DNA of 64,000 nucleotides from Octopus vulgaris (lineage: Eukaryota): the NCBI GenBank assembly GCA_951406725.2, contig OX597820.1, positions 107,570,001 through 107,634,000 on the forward strand, given 5' to 3'. The translations under genes and the position numbers were made by a program. Of this stretch, positions 12,103-24,236 are shown in pieces. A model generated the notes under the pieces. That model saw nothing but the letters and a program-made list of their open reading frames with translations. It had not been told where the DNA came from and did not search any database. Every line of letters begins with the position of its first letter. The first letter of the stretch is position 1.

Positions 12103-15100
12103 CGCCACCCTGATCTTAAAGATCACAATCTCTCTACTCCATGTCGTAGTCCACCATCCAACCGGGAGGGCGTCTTGCGCATCAAGATCTTCTCAAGCTG
12201 GGCACCTCGTTCTCCCCCTCTCCACAATCATCGTCCGTTGAAGCGACAATCCTGCGAAGGTCCAAGATGTGTCGCGGCATTCCATCCACGGAGACGTTGT
12301 TTCTGGAATTGACCGCCATCACCGTTCCTCTGCTCCATTGAGACGTACAGCGTGCCTTTGGTGGCTTAACCCAGACTTCCTCCCCTATTTTCACGCAAAC
12401 AGGTCCCTTCTCTTCCTCGTGGCCCTCTGGCGCTTTGCTCGGGTGCCTCCATTCATATTTAAATACAGCTCTCTGCGGCACAGATTCCTCAGCTTGTCTG
12501 GATCAGGGAGACAAGTTGTACCAAAAAACTGCTTCAAGCGGCGAAATGTGCCCTCTTTCCGTTATGGCCTTGACTGTCCGATGGTGCCTCTCTACGATCC
12601 CGTTACCGCTCGGCCTATACGCTGCTCTGAACAAGCGACGCACCTTCCACTGAACAAGCATAACCCTCAATGCTTCCGAACGAAATGCCACCCCATTGTC
12701 CATCAGCAGTTCTTCCACAGGACCTCTCTCTAAAAATATCCCGTTCAAGATCTGCACGATCTCGTCAGCAGTGCCCGTTCTCAACTCCCTCCAAATGGCC
12801 AGCAAGCCCGGCCCACAGTCGACCATGGAGAGATACATTCCCTGACGGTAGTGCGTCACATCCACAGCTAGCCTTTTCCAGTTATGCTCCACCGAAAGGC
12901 TTCCCTGTTCATGCCCACATGGAGCAGGGTCGATGGACTGACACCTGTCGCAGCTCCCGACCACTTTCCGGATGCTTCTCCTAGTGACGTCAGCATCAGT
13001 TTTCTTCGCCAGATACAGGGTCCTGTCCACACCCAGGTGATGCATAGCATGCAGTCTCTTCAGTTCAGAGTCATCCAATGGACATGCCGCAGCTATCCCT
13101 TTCCAGGTCTCCTCTGGTTCTTCCAATCACGCTCTTTTCACCCTGGTCAGTGCGTCTGCCCTGTTTTTCTCCGAAGGCACGAAAACCACGTTCAGCTTCA
13201 GTCCGAACTTGGCGATCAATTCACCTAGAACTCCTAGACGGCGCTTCACTAACATCTTCGTAGCACCTTTCGTTCGCACTCTCCTTTCACCGGTGATCAC
13301 CGATCCTACTCAGCCAAGCACAGTGGCCGAATCCGTCCGGATTTCAATTGTGCGCAGCCCCCATTTCAGGGCCAAGTTCACCCCTTTCAGCACCGCGTCT
13401 AATTTGGCGACATTGATGTGGTTGAAGTCATCTGCTTTCCGAAGCCAGGCTGCATCCTCCACCACAGCGCCTTCGATTGCCAACACAACCCCTATCGCTA
13501 TACTGCTAGCAACACACCAGACGGTCCCGCATTCCGTCTTGGGCACGTACCAGTTCCCCCTGACTGGGTCTTCCGCTCTCGTCCTCTCTAGGATTTTCTG
13601 CATCATCGCCACCATCCCTTCTCCCACCTTGTTGCCCCAACTCTCCCCCTCCACTCGTCTCTTGGTGTAACTGCACACCGTGCGCAGCCATCCAGCGATC
13701 GGGTAGTGACCGACCAACTTCCCACACACCGAGAACAGCTCTCTCCTGCTGACGCTGGAACTCAGCTCTGGGATTTCATTCCCTCTCCGGAACACCAATT
13801 CACCCGATCTATCTCTTCACAGCTTCAGCCCCAGCGCAGCTCCCCCTTCCATTGACTCCGGTGGCTTCGTAATCAGTCCGAACTTCTCCAGATGTTTAAC
13901 TACCTCGTTGGCTGGCACTACAGTTTCGTCCACTAAAATGTGTCAATGTAGGAGCTGGTGGCCTTTCTAATCTTGCCATCTTTCCCTAGGACGGATTTAA
14001 GCACTGCCGCCATGATCTTTGGAGCGGAATTCAGCCTGAAACCCAGCCTGGTTAAACAGTACGTCCGGCCTTTGTACCGCACCAGCTGATATCGCCACAG
14101 TTTGTCGCTCACATGGAGCTGCAAGCATGCCGATTTCAAGTCGACAATCGTCGCTGCCTCGGTCGACTGTCTCCACGCACGTAACGTCTGTCGCCTCACC
14201 TCCCATGTGACACAATATATGCTGGTTTAGCTCCCTTGAAGTCCAGCACCGGTCTGACTTTTCCCTTCGTAGGCTGCACCACCGCCATCAAGGGTAGCAC
14301 TCCGCCCGCTACCTCCTCCTTCTAAGGGACAAGGACCCCTTCCTTGATCCACCTCTCCACCTTGTCTTCAAACTCAAACCTGGCGTGGCCTTTCAGGGTA
14401 TGCTGGTAACAGCTCACCCTGTTTTCCAGCGTCGGGGGCTCGTCCTTCCATCGCCACTCTATCGTCCACCGCCTGAAAGTCTTTGTCCTCGATGGTGTAA
14501 GCGGTGCAGTCCCTCACGGAGCTCTGCTCTCTCTGGCGATCCTGACTCACAGTGCACAACGCCCCCACGCTTCCAAACGTGACCTCATTTCCCACAACAC
14601 TGACGCCACCGAGGCAATTGATGTCGTCCATCCCCATCACATCAACCCCATCTATCACGCGTTCAACCACAATTACTTGCAGCCTTAGCGTCACACCGCG
14701 CACCACCATCTCTACTTTGCTGCTGCCTCTGCAATGGATTTCGCGGCCGTCAACCGCCCGGACGCTACTTGCCCCGTTCCATTTCTTCGTCACCCCTGAA
14801 GTCACAAGGGTGGTCATACAGCCTGTATCCACGAGAGCCTTGAACGTCTTCCCCTCGGCCTCCACGTCAATTAATGGCAGCGTCTCCAATAGCGCCTCTA
14901 CTCGTTTGCGGGGAAAGTTCGAGAGGCAGCAACTTCCCCGCGGTCAATTCCCTGGTCGCAATCACGGGCGATGTGCACTGTCTGCCTGCATCGATAGCAA
15001 ATGGGGCCCGGTTGCGTACAGTTCGCACCATGTGCGACCCCTGACATCTAAAACACTGACCTGAGAACGGCCGCTTCTGTACGTCTTTCTCCGGTCGTCG

Positions 15101-15652
15101 TCCGTCTTTACGCACCTCCATCGCTATCGCCTTCCGCCCAGAGTGTCGCGTCAACAAGTTCGCTCAGCGTCATCTTTTTAATCCCTGGCAATCGTTGTAG
15201 GTGAATCCCTACATCGTCGGGGAACCCATTTACAAACTCCAGTCACGCTGCTCTCTCCAGCCCTTCTCCTGTAAACCCAGCCAGCGTCGCTAACCATCTA
15301 ACTTCTGCTGCGTACTCGTCCACCTGTCCTCCCGTCCATCTGATCGTACCCAGCTTAGCGAAAGCTGTGTATTCACACTCTGTGTAGGCATCCTGCAAAC
15401 GTTGCTCTATCTTTTCCTCGCTCAGGCATTCCTCCTTCTCTATCTCAAGGTATAGCGTTAATGCGCTTCCTTCTAAATACAGCGCCATAAGACTTGCCAC
15501 ATCGCTTATACCTTGCAGTCTCGCCACCAGCCTGATTTTACGAATCCAGGCCACTACATCGCCTTCACCATTAAAGGGTCTGATGATGTCGCAGGCGATC
15601 CTGATTTTCGCTGCCATCGTGGCGACGACTTATATGGAGTGCTGAAATAGCT

Positions 15653-15903
15653 TGTGGTGTGTGCGAGAGATTCGAAATAAAGGCACCTACCTTCTCTTCG
15701 CTCAGATGGAGACCCTTCAGCGGTAATGGGTCCTTCGACACAGCCCGACCCGAACGCTAGAGATAGCAGCTGCTTCACCCAACCGTAACAACGTGATTAC
15801 CCGTCTTAACCCCGCGACGACCCGAGTTGAAAAGGCAGAAATCCCCGCTCGCGTCCCGGCTGCTCCTTCCGGTCAGCTCCCCAGCTGCTGACGTCATCCC
15901 ACA
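15653..15903 (-). repeat. 5' LTR of the Gypsy element
   Basis: TGTGG...CCACA termini, 251 bp, direct repeat of 11852-12102. Confidence 0.95.
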
Positions 15904-15908
15904 GTGTT

Positions 15909-16030
15909 CTCAACCTCTTGACAAAGGATTGCATCTGAAACGTTGGATATTCTACTCCTCACAGCAAGTTCACTCTACCACTTTCACTTCTTTCTATATT
16001 TTTCTCAAGTCTTGCTGATGCAGACCTGTA
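15909..16030 (+). mobile_element. Inverted Penelope pLTR copy with hammerhead-like motif
   Basis: aggattgcatctgaaacgttggatattctactcctcacagcaagttc is the reverse complement of ~10790-10845. Confidence 0.65.
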
Positions 16031-16658
16031 CAAGATTCCTTGTAGTTTGCTTAATTATATATTCATATATACACATATGTATATATATATATACGCATAT
16101 GTATATATATATATACGCACACACATATAGCTGTGTGGTCAAGATGCTGAACTACTGCCCACATAGTAAGTTTTCCTGTCGCTATTGTGTTAACCTTCAG
16201 GAAGGCACATATCTCCCTTGCTTCAGATTGCCAACAAAAACAGATGTTGAAGATCCAGCTGTAGAAACATTTACTGAAGCAGTGGAGGTGGTTGTAGTTA
16301 AGTTCACAGAAACTAATAACCATGATCCAAAAGCTTTAAGATAATCTACTTTTATACTTAATATTTCTGAATAGTTCTTCTTTCATGTTTCTGGAGAGTT
16401 TGTCATGCATCAGTTTTTATAAACTTACTTGTTTTAATTGTAGCTAAATTGAAAATATTTTCAATGATTTATCAAAAAGGGGACGAAATAGCTGACTGTA
16501 ATTGTGCATTGTCTACAATACACAAACATCATAAAATATAATATCCATTCATACACACACACAAATATATTTCTCACACACTATTAATAATATATAGTAT
16601 TATATTGGATAAGATATTGAAACAAACTAAAGAACAAATGTATGCAAATATATATATA

Positions 16659-17224
16659 TTGGGTTGCCCGGAAAGTTTGTGCCGATTTTTAAAGGAAAGA
16701 AAAAGGTCAATAAATACTTGCCATTACATTTTTAATCAACCAAATATGAACCATTTTGTTGCACAATGCGTCTCCATCTTTCCTTTAACTTGAAAATACC
16801 CTCTTTTTAGAGTTGAGGTGGTTTTATGGCAAAGAATTCATCAAGGTATATTTTCACATCATCCAAGAAATTGAAATTTTTGCCATTAAGACTATTCAGC
16901 AGAAACCTGAGAAAGTGGAAATCCGAAGGAGCAATATCTGATGAATATGGAGGGTGGGGTAACACATCCCAGCTGAGTTGCAGTAATTTTTGTCTGATTC
17001 CTAAAGCATCAGATACTGAAAATGAACTTTCTTATCTTCCATTTTAAAGGGTTACAGAATTAACACAGGTTATAGGAACATAAACCTTCTTCCATGAAAA
17101 GATAGCTTAAACTGTGCTTTAAATGGAGGTGTAGCCAAATCCTATTTTATGGACTCAACCATGTACTAAAATAAATTGAAAGGTAAGCTACTATAAATCA
17201 GCACGAACTTTCCAGACAACCCAT
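16659..17224 (-). mobile_element. Internally deleted mariner element
   Basis: TIRs ttgggttgcccggaaagtttgtgccgattt / aaatcagcacgaactttccagacaaccca with TA flanks. The minus strand encodes WDVLPHPPYSSDIAPSDFH. Confidence 0.85.
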
Positions 17225-17397
17225 TATTATATATATAATACATGTGTTTCTGTATATTATCTGGTAGTGTTAATCAACTTTTTGAAAAACAATAAAAATA
17301 TTTGTTGATAGTGGGATTTATATTAAGTAGAATGAAATTAGTTAATAGTGGAAAAAAATCTGAAGTCCCAGACAAACCAATATTATCAATCTCTCCT

Positions 17398-19520
17398 ATC
17401 ATCATCATTTAACGTCCACTTTCCATGCTAGCATGGGTTGGACGATTTCACTGAGGACTGGCGAACCAGGCTCCAATTTGATCTGGCAGAGTTTCTACAG
17501 CAGGATGCCCTTCCTAACGCCAACCACTCTGAGAGTGTAGTGGGTGATTTTATGTGCCAGTCTGGCAGTACTGGTAATGGCCACGCTCAAATGGTGTTTT
17601 TTACGTGCTACCAGTACAGGAGTTAGTCCAGCGGCACTGGCAACGACCTCGCTCGAATGTTTTGTTCACATGCCAGGAAGGTTACGCTGGTAACGATCAA
17701 GCTCAGATGGTGCTTTTTACGTGCCACTGGTACAGAAGCCAGTCAGCTGCTCCTTCAGTGATCCCACTCAGATAGAGCTGTTAGCGTCCACTGGCACGGG
17801 TGCCAGTAGTGGAATTTGGTTCGATTTTGATTTCACTTGCCTCAACAGGTCTTCGCAAGCAGAGATTTGTGTCCACAGAAGGAAAGATTCGCATAAGTGG
17901 GCTGGTTACACCCCTGGTAAAGGCCATAGGTTATGGTCTCACTTGGCTCGCCGGGTCTTCTCACGCACAGCGTATTTCCAAAGGTCTCAGTCACTAGTCA
18001 TTGCCTTGGTGAGGCCCAATATTCGAAGGTGGTGCTTCACCACCTCATCCCAGGTCTTCCTGGGTCTACCTCTTCCACAGGTTCCCTCAACCATTAGTGT
18101 GTGACACTTTTTCACACAGCTATCCTAATCCATTCTTGCCACATGACCATACCAGTGCAGTTGTCTCTGTTGCACACCACATCTGATGCTTCTTAGGTCC
18201 AACTTTTCTCTCAAGGTACTTTCACTCTGTCGAGTATCAACACTGACATTACACATCCATCGGATCATACTGGCTTCATCCCTTGCGAGCTTACGCATGT
18301 CCTCAGCAGTCATGGCCCATGTTCCACTGCGATGTAGCATGGCTGTTTGTACACATGCATCGTACAGTCTGCCTTTTACTCTGAGCGAGAGGCCCTTTGT
18401 CACCAGCAGAGATAAGAGCTCTCTGAACTTTGCCCAAGCTATTCTTATTCTAGTAGCTACACTTTCAGCGCACCCTCCCCAACTACTGACTAGGTCACCT
18501 AAGCTATCAACTACTTCTAGTTTTTCTCCCTGGAATGTGGTAGTTGTGGTTCTCTGCACATTTTTAGTGTTTATTGCTCCTGAGCATCTGCCACATACAA
18601 AAACTACCTAATTAGCCTTCCTTTGATATTGCTGCACCTCTTATGTGTCCATAATTTACACTGGGTACATCTTATAGAGTTTCTACCTATGCCTTTTCTA
18701 TGGTTTGTGGTTTGTCTACCTTCCTACTTATTAGGGCTTTGGTTTTAGCTAGGTTGACTCTTTGATTCTTATCCTTGCTTCCACACCTGAAACTTCTCTA
18801 GTTCTGATAATGACTCAGCAATTAGGGCAAGGTCATCAGCATAGAGGAGCTCCCAGGGGCATCCTGTCTTGAATTTCTCTGTTATTGCCTGGAAGACTAT
18901 GATAAATAGGAGGGGGCTGAGGACTGAACCTTGGTGGACCCCTACCTCTACCCGGAATTCTTTACTGTACTTGTTGCCAACCCTCACCTTACTGATGGCG
19001 TTCCTGTACATAGCTCATACAGCTCTCACTAACCATTCATCTATCCCTAGTACCTGCATTGACCAACAGATAAGGGATCGGGGGACCCTGTCAAAAACTT
19101 TCTCCATGTCAACAGAAGCCAGGCACAGAGGTTTATCTTTGGCTAAGAATTTCTCCTGCAGCTGTCTTACCAGAAATATAGCATCAGTGGTGCTTTTCCC
19201 TGGCACGAATCCAAACTGACTATCTCCCTAATTAGTTGGGCTATGACCCTCTCCGTGACCTTCATTACCTGATCCAACAGCTTGATACCTCTGTAATTAT
19301 TTGTATCTAAAGTGTCACCTTTACCTTTGTAGCAGTTGACTATGGTGCTGCTACACAAGTCATTGGGTATGATTCTTTGTGTATCACCTGGTTAACTATA
19401 CAGGTGACTAGACTATAGCCGACACTACCACCTATTTTGAGTATCTCTGCAGTGATTCCTGATGGGCCAGGGGCTTTCCCTGTCTTCATAGTCTTAATTG
19501 CTTTATCTACCAAGGTACTC
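17398..19520 (-). mobile_element. RTE-clade LINE, 5'-truncated
   Basis: Same family as 7981-10745: GVHQGSVLSPLLF, LLYADDLAL, WYGHVARM, and a (GAT)n tail. Confidence 0.92.
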
Positions 19521-20471
19521 TCTCATTATATATATATGAGAGAGACACACACACACACAATGATTATAAATTGATAAACATCTTACAGAGATGATTAATT
19601 GAAAGAGCCATCAGATGATGTTAGCATGTGAGTTGACATGACTTAAGAAAAAACTATTACATTTTTTATATAAAAAAAATGTGATGCAAATAATTATTTA
19701 CAATTTTATAATGAACTCTTGTATTTAAAGAAACAAAAGAAAATAAAAACCATCTGCATATATATGGATATTATACATATGTTACTCAAAAGTGAGCAGC
19801 TTTTGACACATTCAACTGATAACATGACTTTTAATTTTATTTTAAATTGTAAGATATATTAGGAGCTAAAACAGAAACCAGTTCTTCCAGGAAGAAAAGT
19901 GTATACACATATTATTAATGTTTTCTGTCATATGGCCAACCAGCTCAGGTCGTCTAGCTAGGGTGATGACACATATTGATAGACATACCTTCCAATGCAC
20001 TAGGAGAGGTCTCTTACAAACTCTCTAAGTGCTAAAAAAAAGAATAAAGAAATATAAAACTGAACAAGACCTTAGTTTGCACGGAAAAGAAATAGTTCTT
20101 GGTAGAAACCACCCGCTCCAAATAACAGAAAAATCAGCATGATGCTGTTGTCTTTTTAACCTATTGCTAAGTTTCTAGTTTATATTTGGGTTGGAGACTA
20201 TTTCAGTATGCAAGTTTTCATTTTTTAACAAATGCAAACAGTAATAATAAAAAGTGTAACGTTAAAAGACAAAAAAGTCAACATTTCATATTTAAAATGT
20301 TATTTATGAGGAAATGAAAATATACATCACAAGTAAAATAAATTGAAAAAAAATTAGAACAAGGTCTAAAACATTTTAAAAAGAGATATACAATATTTCC
20401 AATGTGTTTCACGTAAGAGTTTCATTCATAGTTTGTTTTATATATACACGTATTTGTGTGTATATACATAC

Positions 20472-20530
<59 letters not shown>

Positions 20531-21279
20531 ATGCATACATATGAACACATACTCAGAGAAATACACAAATATAGTTATTACATGCGAACAGAAAAATGAA
20601 TTTTTCAATGAGTTTATTACTGAAAGTCTTTTGTTCCAATATTCCAAGAAGGCTGTAAATAACTGTAAAAGAAAATGATCTAGAGGCAAATAACTAGGTT
20701 ATTGTGTATGTATTTGTGTATCTATAGATACAGCAAAATCTCATACACCCATTGGTAAATATAATTTATTAAAAGATCTGAGAAATATTTTCCATTGAAG
20801 GTATTCTGAAAGGAGAGAGAGAGAAGCTATCTAAGCCTACAAGTATTACCACATACTATCTGTAGTGTACATGAGCACTGTATACAATAAAATCATCATC
20901 ATCATTATTATATGCATTATTTTGTTATTGGTTTGTGTGGCTAAGGTAAATATAGAAAAAAGCAATTTGTAATTTCGCTCCAGGGTCACCATTAATTAAG
21001 TAGACCCATAATCAAAGATGTTTCAGCCATGACCACTTAAGGCTATATTTTCCATTGAGTTCTTCCTGTTATAAAATTAGGGTTGTGATATGAAGATTTG
21101 GTTCTAGTAAATTTTTTTATCAAATGAATAATTTATATAAAACAGAACTGGCATATTGCTAGCATTCTAAAAACAATATACACGTCAAAAGCATTTCCAC
21201 TCCAAAAATTTTATTTGTATGTGTGTGTGCACATATATGTAATATTCTATCACTATTGTATATATATCACCAAATACAC

Positions 21280-22860
21280 ACTGAATGAAACTTTCTAAAA
21301 GTCATTGGTAAGACATGAAGTAGGCAGGTAGTACTCTAATGACATAAGTCAATGACCCACAATCAAGACTAGTTTCACTGGATTAATATGCTGTCAAGAG
21401 AACTGAGACATTCTCCTCAATCAAAGCTAAGACCATGAAAGAATATGTTGAACACAAAAAATATTCCTCACTTCCAATCAAAATAATTTCACAAAATATT
21501 AGTTGTACTGGCTGCCAACTTCCTCCATTCAATGGAGATCAGAGGGGAAAATCATTTTATCTTTAAAGAGAGTAACTGGTGGGACAGACAGGCCTTGGCC
21601 ATAATTTGATAGACTTCACTGGAGATTCTCTTGGTAAAGGAGCAAAGTTTATCAAGGATCCAGTACAAATATTCCTGAATTCTCTGCTTCTCATTCTTTA
21701 AAGCAATTTGACAGGTATTATCAAATGAGGATGGGGAAGGTACCCTCAGTTATATGTCATTTGATTAGAAAACTGTATGACCAGATAGCCAAGAGTTAAG
21801 CAAACCCAATTTCAACCTAATCAAATGGCAATCAGCATGGTTTTAGACATAGAAGTGACATTCCATGCCCTGAGAAGATAATATAAACTACCGACAAGGT
21901 GGTGAGCTGGCAGAAACATTAGCACGCCGGGCAAAAAGCTTAGTGGTATTTCATGTCTTTACGTTCCAAGTTCAAATTCAGCTGAAGTCAACTTTGCTTT
22001 TCATCCTTTTGGGGGTTGATAAATTAAGTACCAGTTGCGTACTGAAGTTGATCTAATTGACTGCATCCCCCTCCCCAAAACCTTTGGGCCTTGTGCCTAG
22101 AGTAGAAAATATAAACCACTAACATAATGGGAGAAAGTGCAATCTTTAAAACAAATTTCGGGAAACCTTAATACAATCACAAGAATTTTTCTGCAGCAAA
22201 AGACTGCCACTCAATTTTCGTCATCTTGCAAGCCTTTCTAAAGTTTTCCTTACTAAGGGATCGAAGTATATTTTCATAACAGTGAATTCAACAAGGCAAT
22301 CCTCTAAGTCCCTCCCTGTTTTCTCTCACCCTCATGAACATGTTCTCTCTACATTTGTTTATTCCCAGTTGCATCACAATAATTATCAAATAGTCAGTTG
22401 ATTTCAGATAGAGTACATGGACTGAGCAGTTTGTTAACTACAGCTTACTTCCCATCTATAAACCCATCATCATATAACTGACTGAAAACACCCTGATGGC
22501 AGAACTTTACTTGTGATGATGTTCTATCTCCTAGCTATCTGGCTTCTTTTTCAATGACTCCTGGGAAAACTGGAAAGGAATGGAGAACTGGCAAAATTAA
22601 TCAATTTCAACACATCTGCAAATATGAAATCCCAGTATGCATAGTAATAATGGCAGTGGAATGGGCTAAAATTCATTGAAGAAGCTAAATTCAAGGTGAA
22701 ACGAGATCCTCAAGCTATTTCATAATTATTTCAAACCATCAGTTTGGCAGACTAATGTGGCAACACCACCAGTGAATTGGAAAGTATAGGGAACTCCAGA
22801 ATATAAGCTGAAATATTCTATCTAGAGATACTTTTAGTCATTTGTACACTCAACACTATT
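21280..22860 (+). mobile_element. Very old LINE remnant interrupted by a SINE
   Basis: IQQGNPLSPSLF-like RT motif at ~22285-22325. Otherwise heavily decayed, and the boundaries are guessed. Confidence 0.35.
21895..22110 (+). mobile_element. tRNA-derived SINE of a second family with a conserved central core
   Basis: agctggcagaaa head, gttcaaattc B-box-like motif and core tttcatcctt...gataaattaagtaccag. Fragments recur at ~23320-23460, 24430-24500 (-), 36600-36750 and 39290-39410 (-). Confidence 0.75.
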
Positions 22861-24089
22861 TTCTTTTTGTGTAAACATAGTTTAAACACAATTACATATA
22901 TATTGTCTATTCTAATGTAATGATACATATAAAAACCAATTTTACATTAAACTGAAGGATTAGTCGACACTTTATAGTATAGATTTATGAATTTTTACAC
23001 AGAAAAGATTGACAGTGACTGAAATTTTGGCTTGATCATCAGATAGTCTGATGACACTGTGCAAGATAAAAGTCATTGTAAAAACATATATATGTATAAT
23101 GGGCTTCTTTTTATTAACTTCAGAATATTAGTCTATTATAAAGTTACAACATAAACGATGATGGTAATAATAAATTGTAACACTGACACATGGTCACACA
23201 GTCGTAAGAGGATAGGTACAGTCAAGAAAAGCTGACTTCACTACTTTACTGCTTCTAATATGAATGACCCCAGATGTTACCCCAAAATTAAAAAAAAATA
23301 TCGTCATCATTAATGTGGCAAGCTGACAAAATCTTTAGCTCATCAAACAAAATGTTTAGAGGCATTTCTTCCAACTCTGGAGACAATAAAATAAAGTACT
23401 AGTCAAGTACTGTGGACAATGTAATCAACTTGCTTGCTACCCTAAGAGTTGCTGGCCTTGGATAAAAAAAAAAATCAATATTAGTATGCTAACTTGCTGT
23501 TTTTGTATGTACCTGATGTGTGTCACACTTACTTCAAAGAAGTGGCAAAGCAAGAGGAGGATAGAGAGGAAGTGAGAGAGAAAGAGAAAGTGAGAGAATG
23601 AGTGAGATTGAAAGAGAGAGCGAGTGGTGACAGCATTCGTTTTGTGTTTTTAAATGTTTATCACATCACAAGAGAAGTAGATACATATAGACATTGTTAA
23701 ATCAAAAGCAGGAGAGAAGAGGGACACAAAAGGAAGTGAAAGAGACAGTAGATACATAAATCCAAAGAAAAGTTTATACATAGACACAGCAAATATTGGA
23801 TGTCAATTTCACTTTTCATTACCACATGAGGATAAAATTAACTCACAAATGGCTGAGTACTCCACAGACATGCATAACATAGTTCTCAGGGAGATTCAGC
23901 CTCACACAGAATATGACTACAACTCAAGACATATATATATATGAATGTATTTGTGTGTGTGTGTGTGGTATAGGTTAGTTAAAACATGTTTGCAATAATA
24001 AGTGTCGTGTGGTGGAAATAAACGCAATTACCAAACTTTCATTCATAAATCCATTTATTATTTCGTTCTCGATGTTGGCGCATTTGCAT

Positions 24090-24236
24090 TCCTGTAATTT
24101 AACTGTTCAGCAGAAGAGACTAATAGAAAAAGCATCAGGCTTACAGGGAATAAGTCCAGGGGTCAATTTCTTCGACTAAAGGGAAGTGCTCCAGCATGGC
24201 CACTGTCAAATGACTGCAACAAGTAAAAGAATAAAA
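24090..24236 (+). mobile_element. 3' part of the SINE family seen at 1368 and 40518
   Basis: gtgctccagcatggccactgtcaaatgactgcaacaagtaaaagaataaaa tail. Confidence 0.7.

Larger units (their letters stand above)
11852..15903 (-). mobile_element. Complete compact Ty3/Gypsy LTR retrotransposon (gag-PR-RT-RH-IN, with frameshifts)
   Basis: 251-bp LTRs and a GTGTT TSD at 11847-11851 and 15904-15908. Gag 15243-15617, CFRCQGSH knuckle, protease LVDTG, RT VDLKSA...LGFRLNSAP, RNase H TDSATV, integrase HHLG..CDRC, VDVTH, MDNG, NGIVERHHRT. Confidence 0.95.

Noticed and set aside
12269-15064. Plus-strand ORFs overlapping the Gypsy, and similar antisense ORFs over the RTE, CR1, Tx1 and GRAF sequences
   Set aside because: Shadow ORFs of coding sequence on the opposite strand, with no recognisable motifs.
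16063-16344. Short ORFs on both strands
   Set aside because: No recognisable domain or splice structure, and partly microsatellite.
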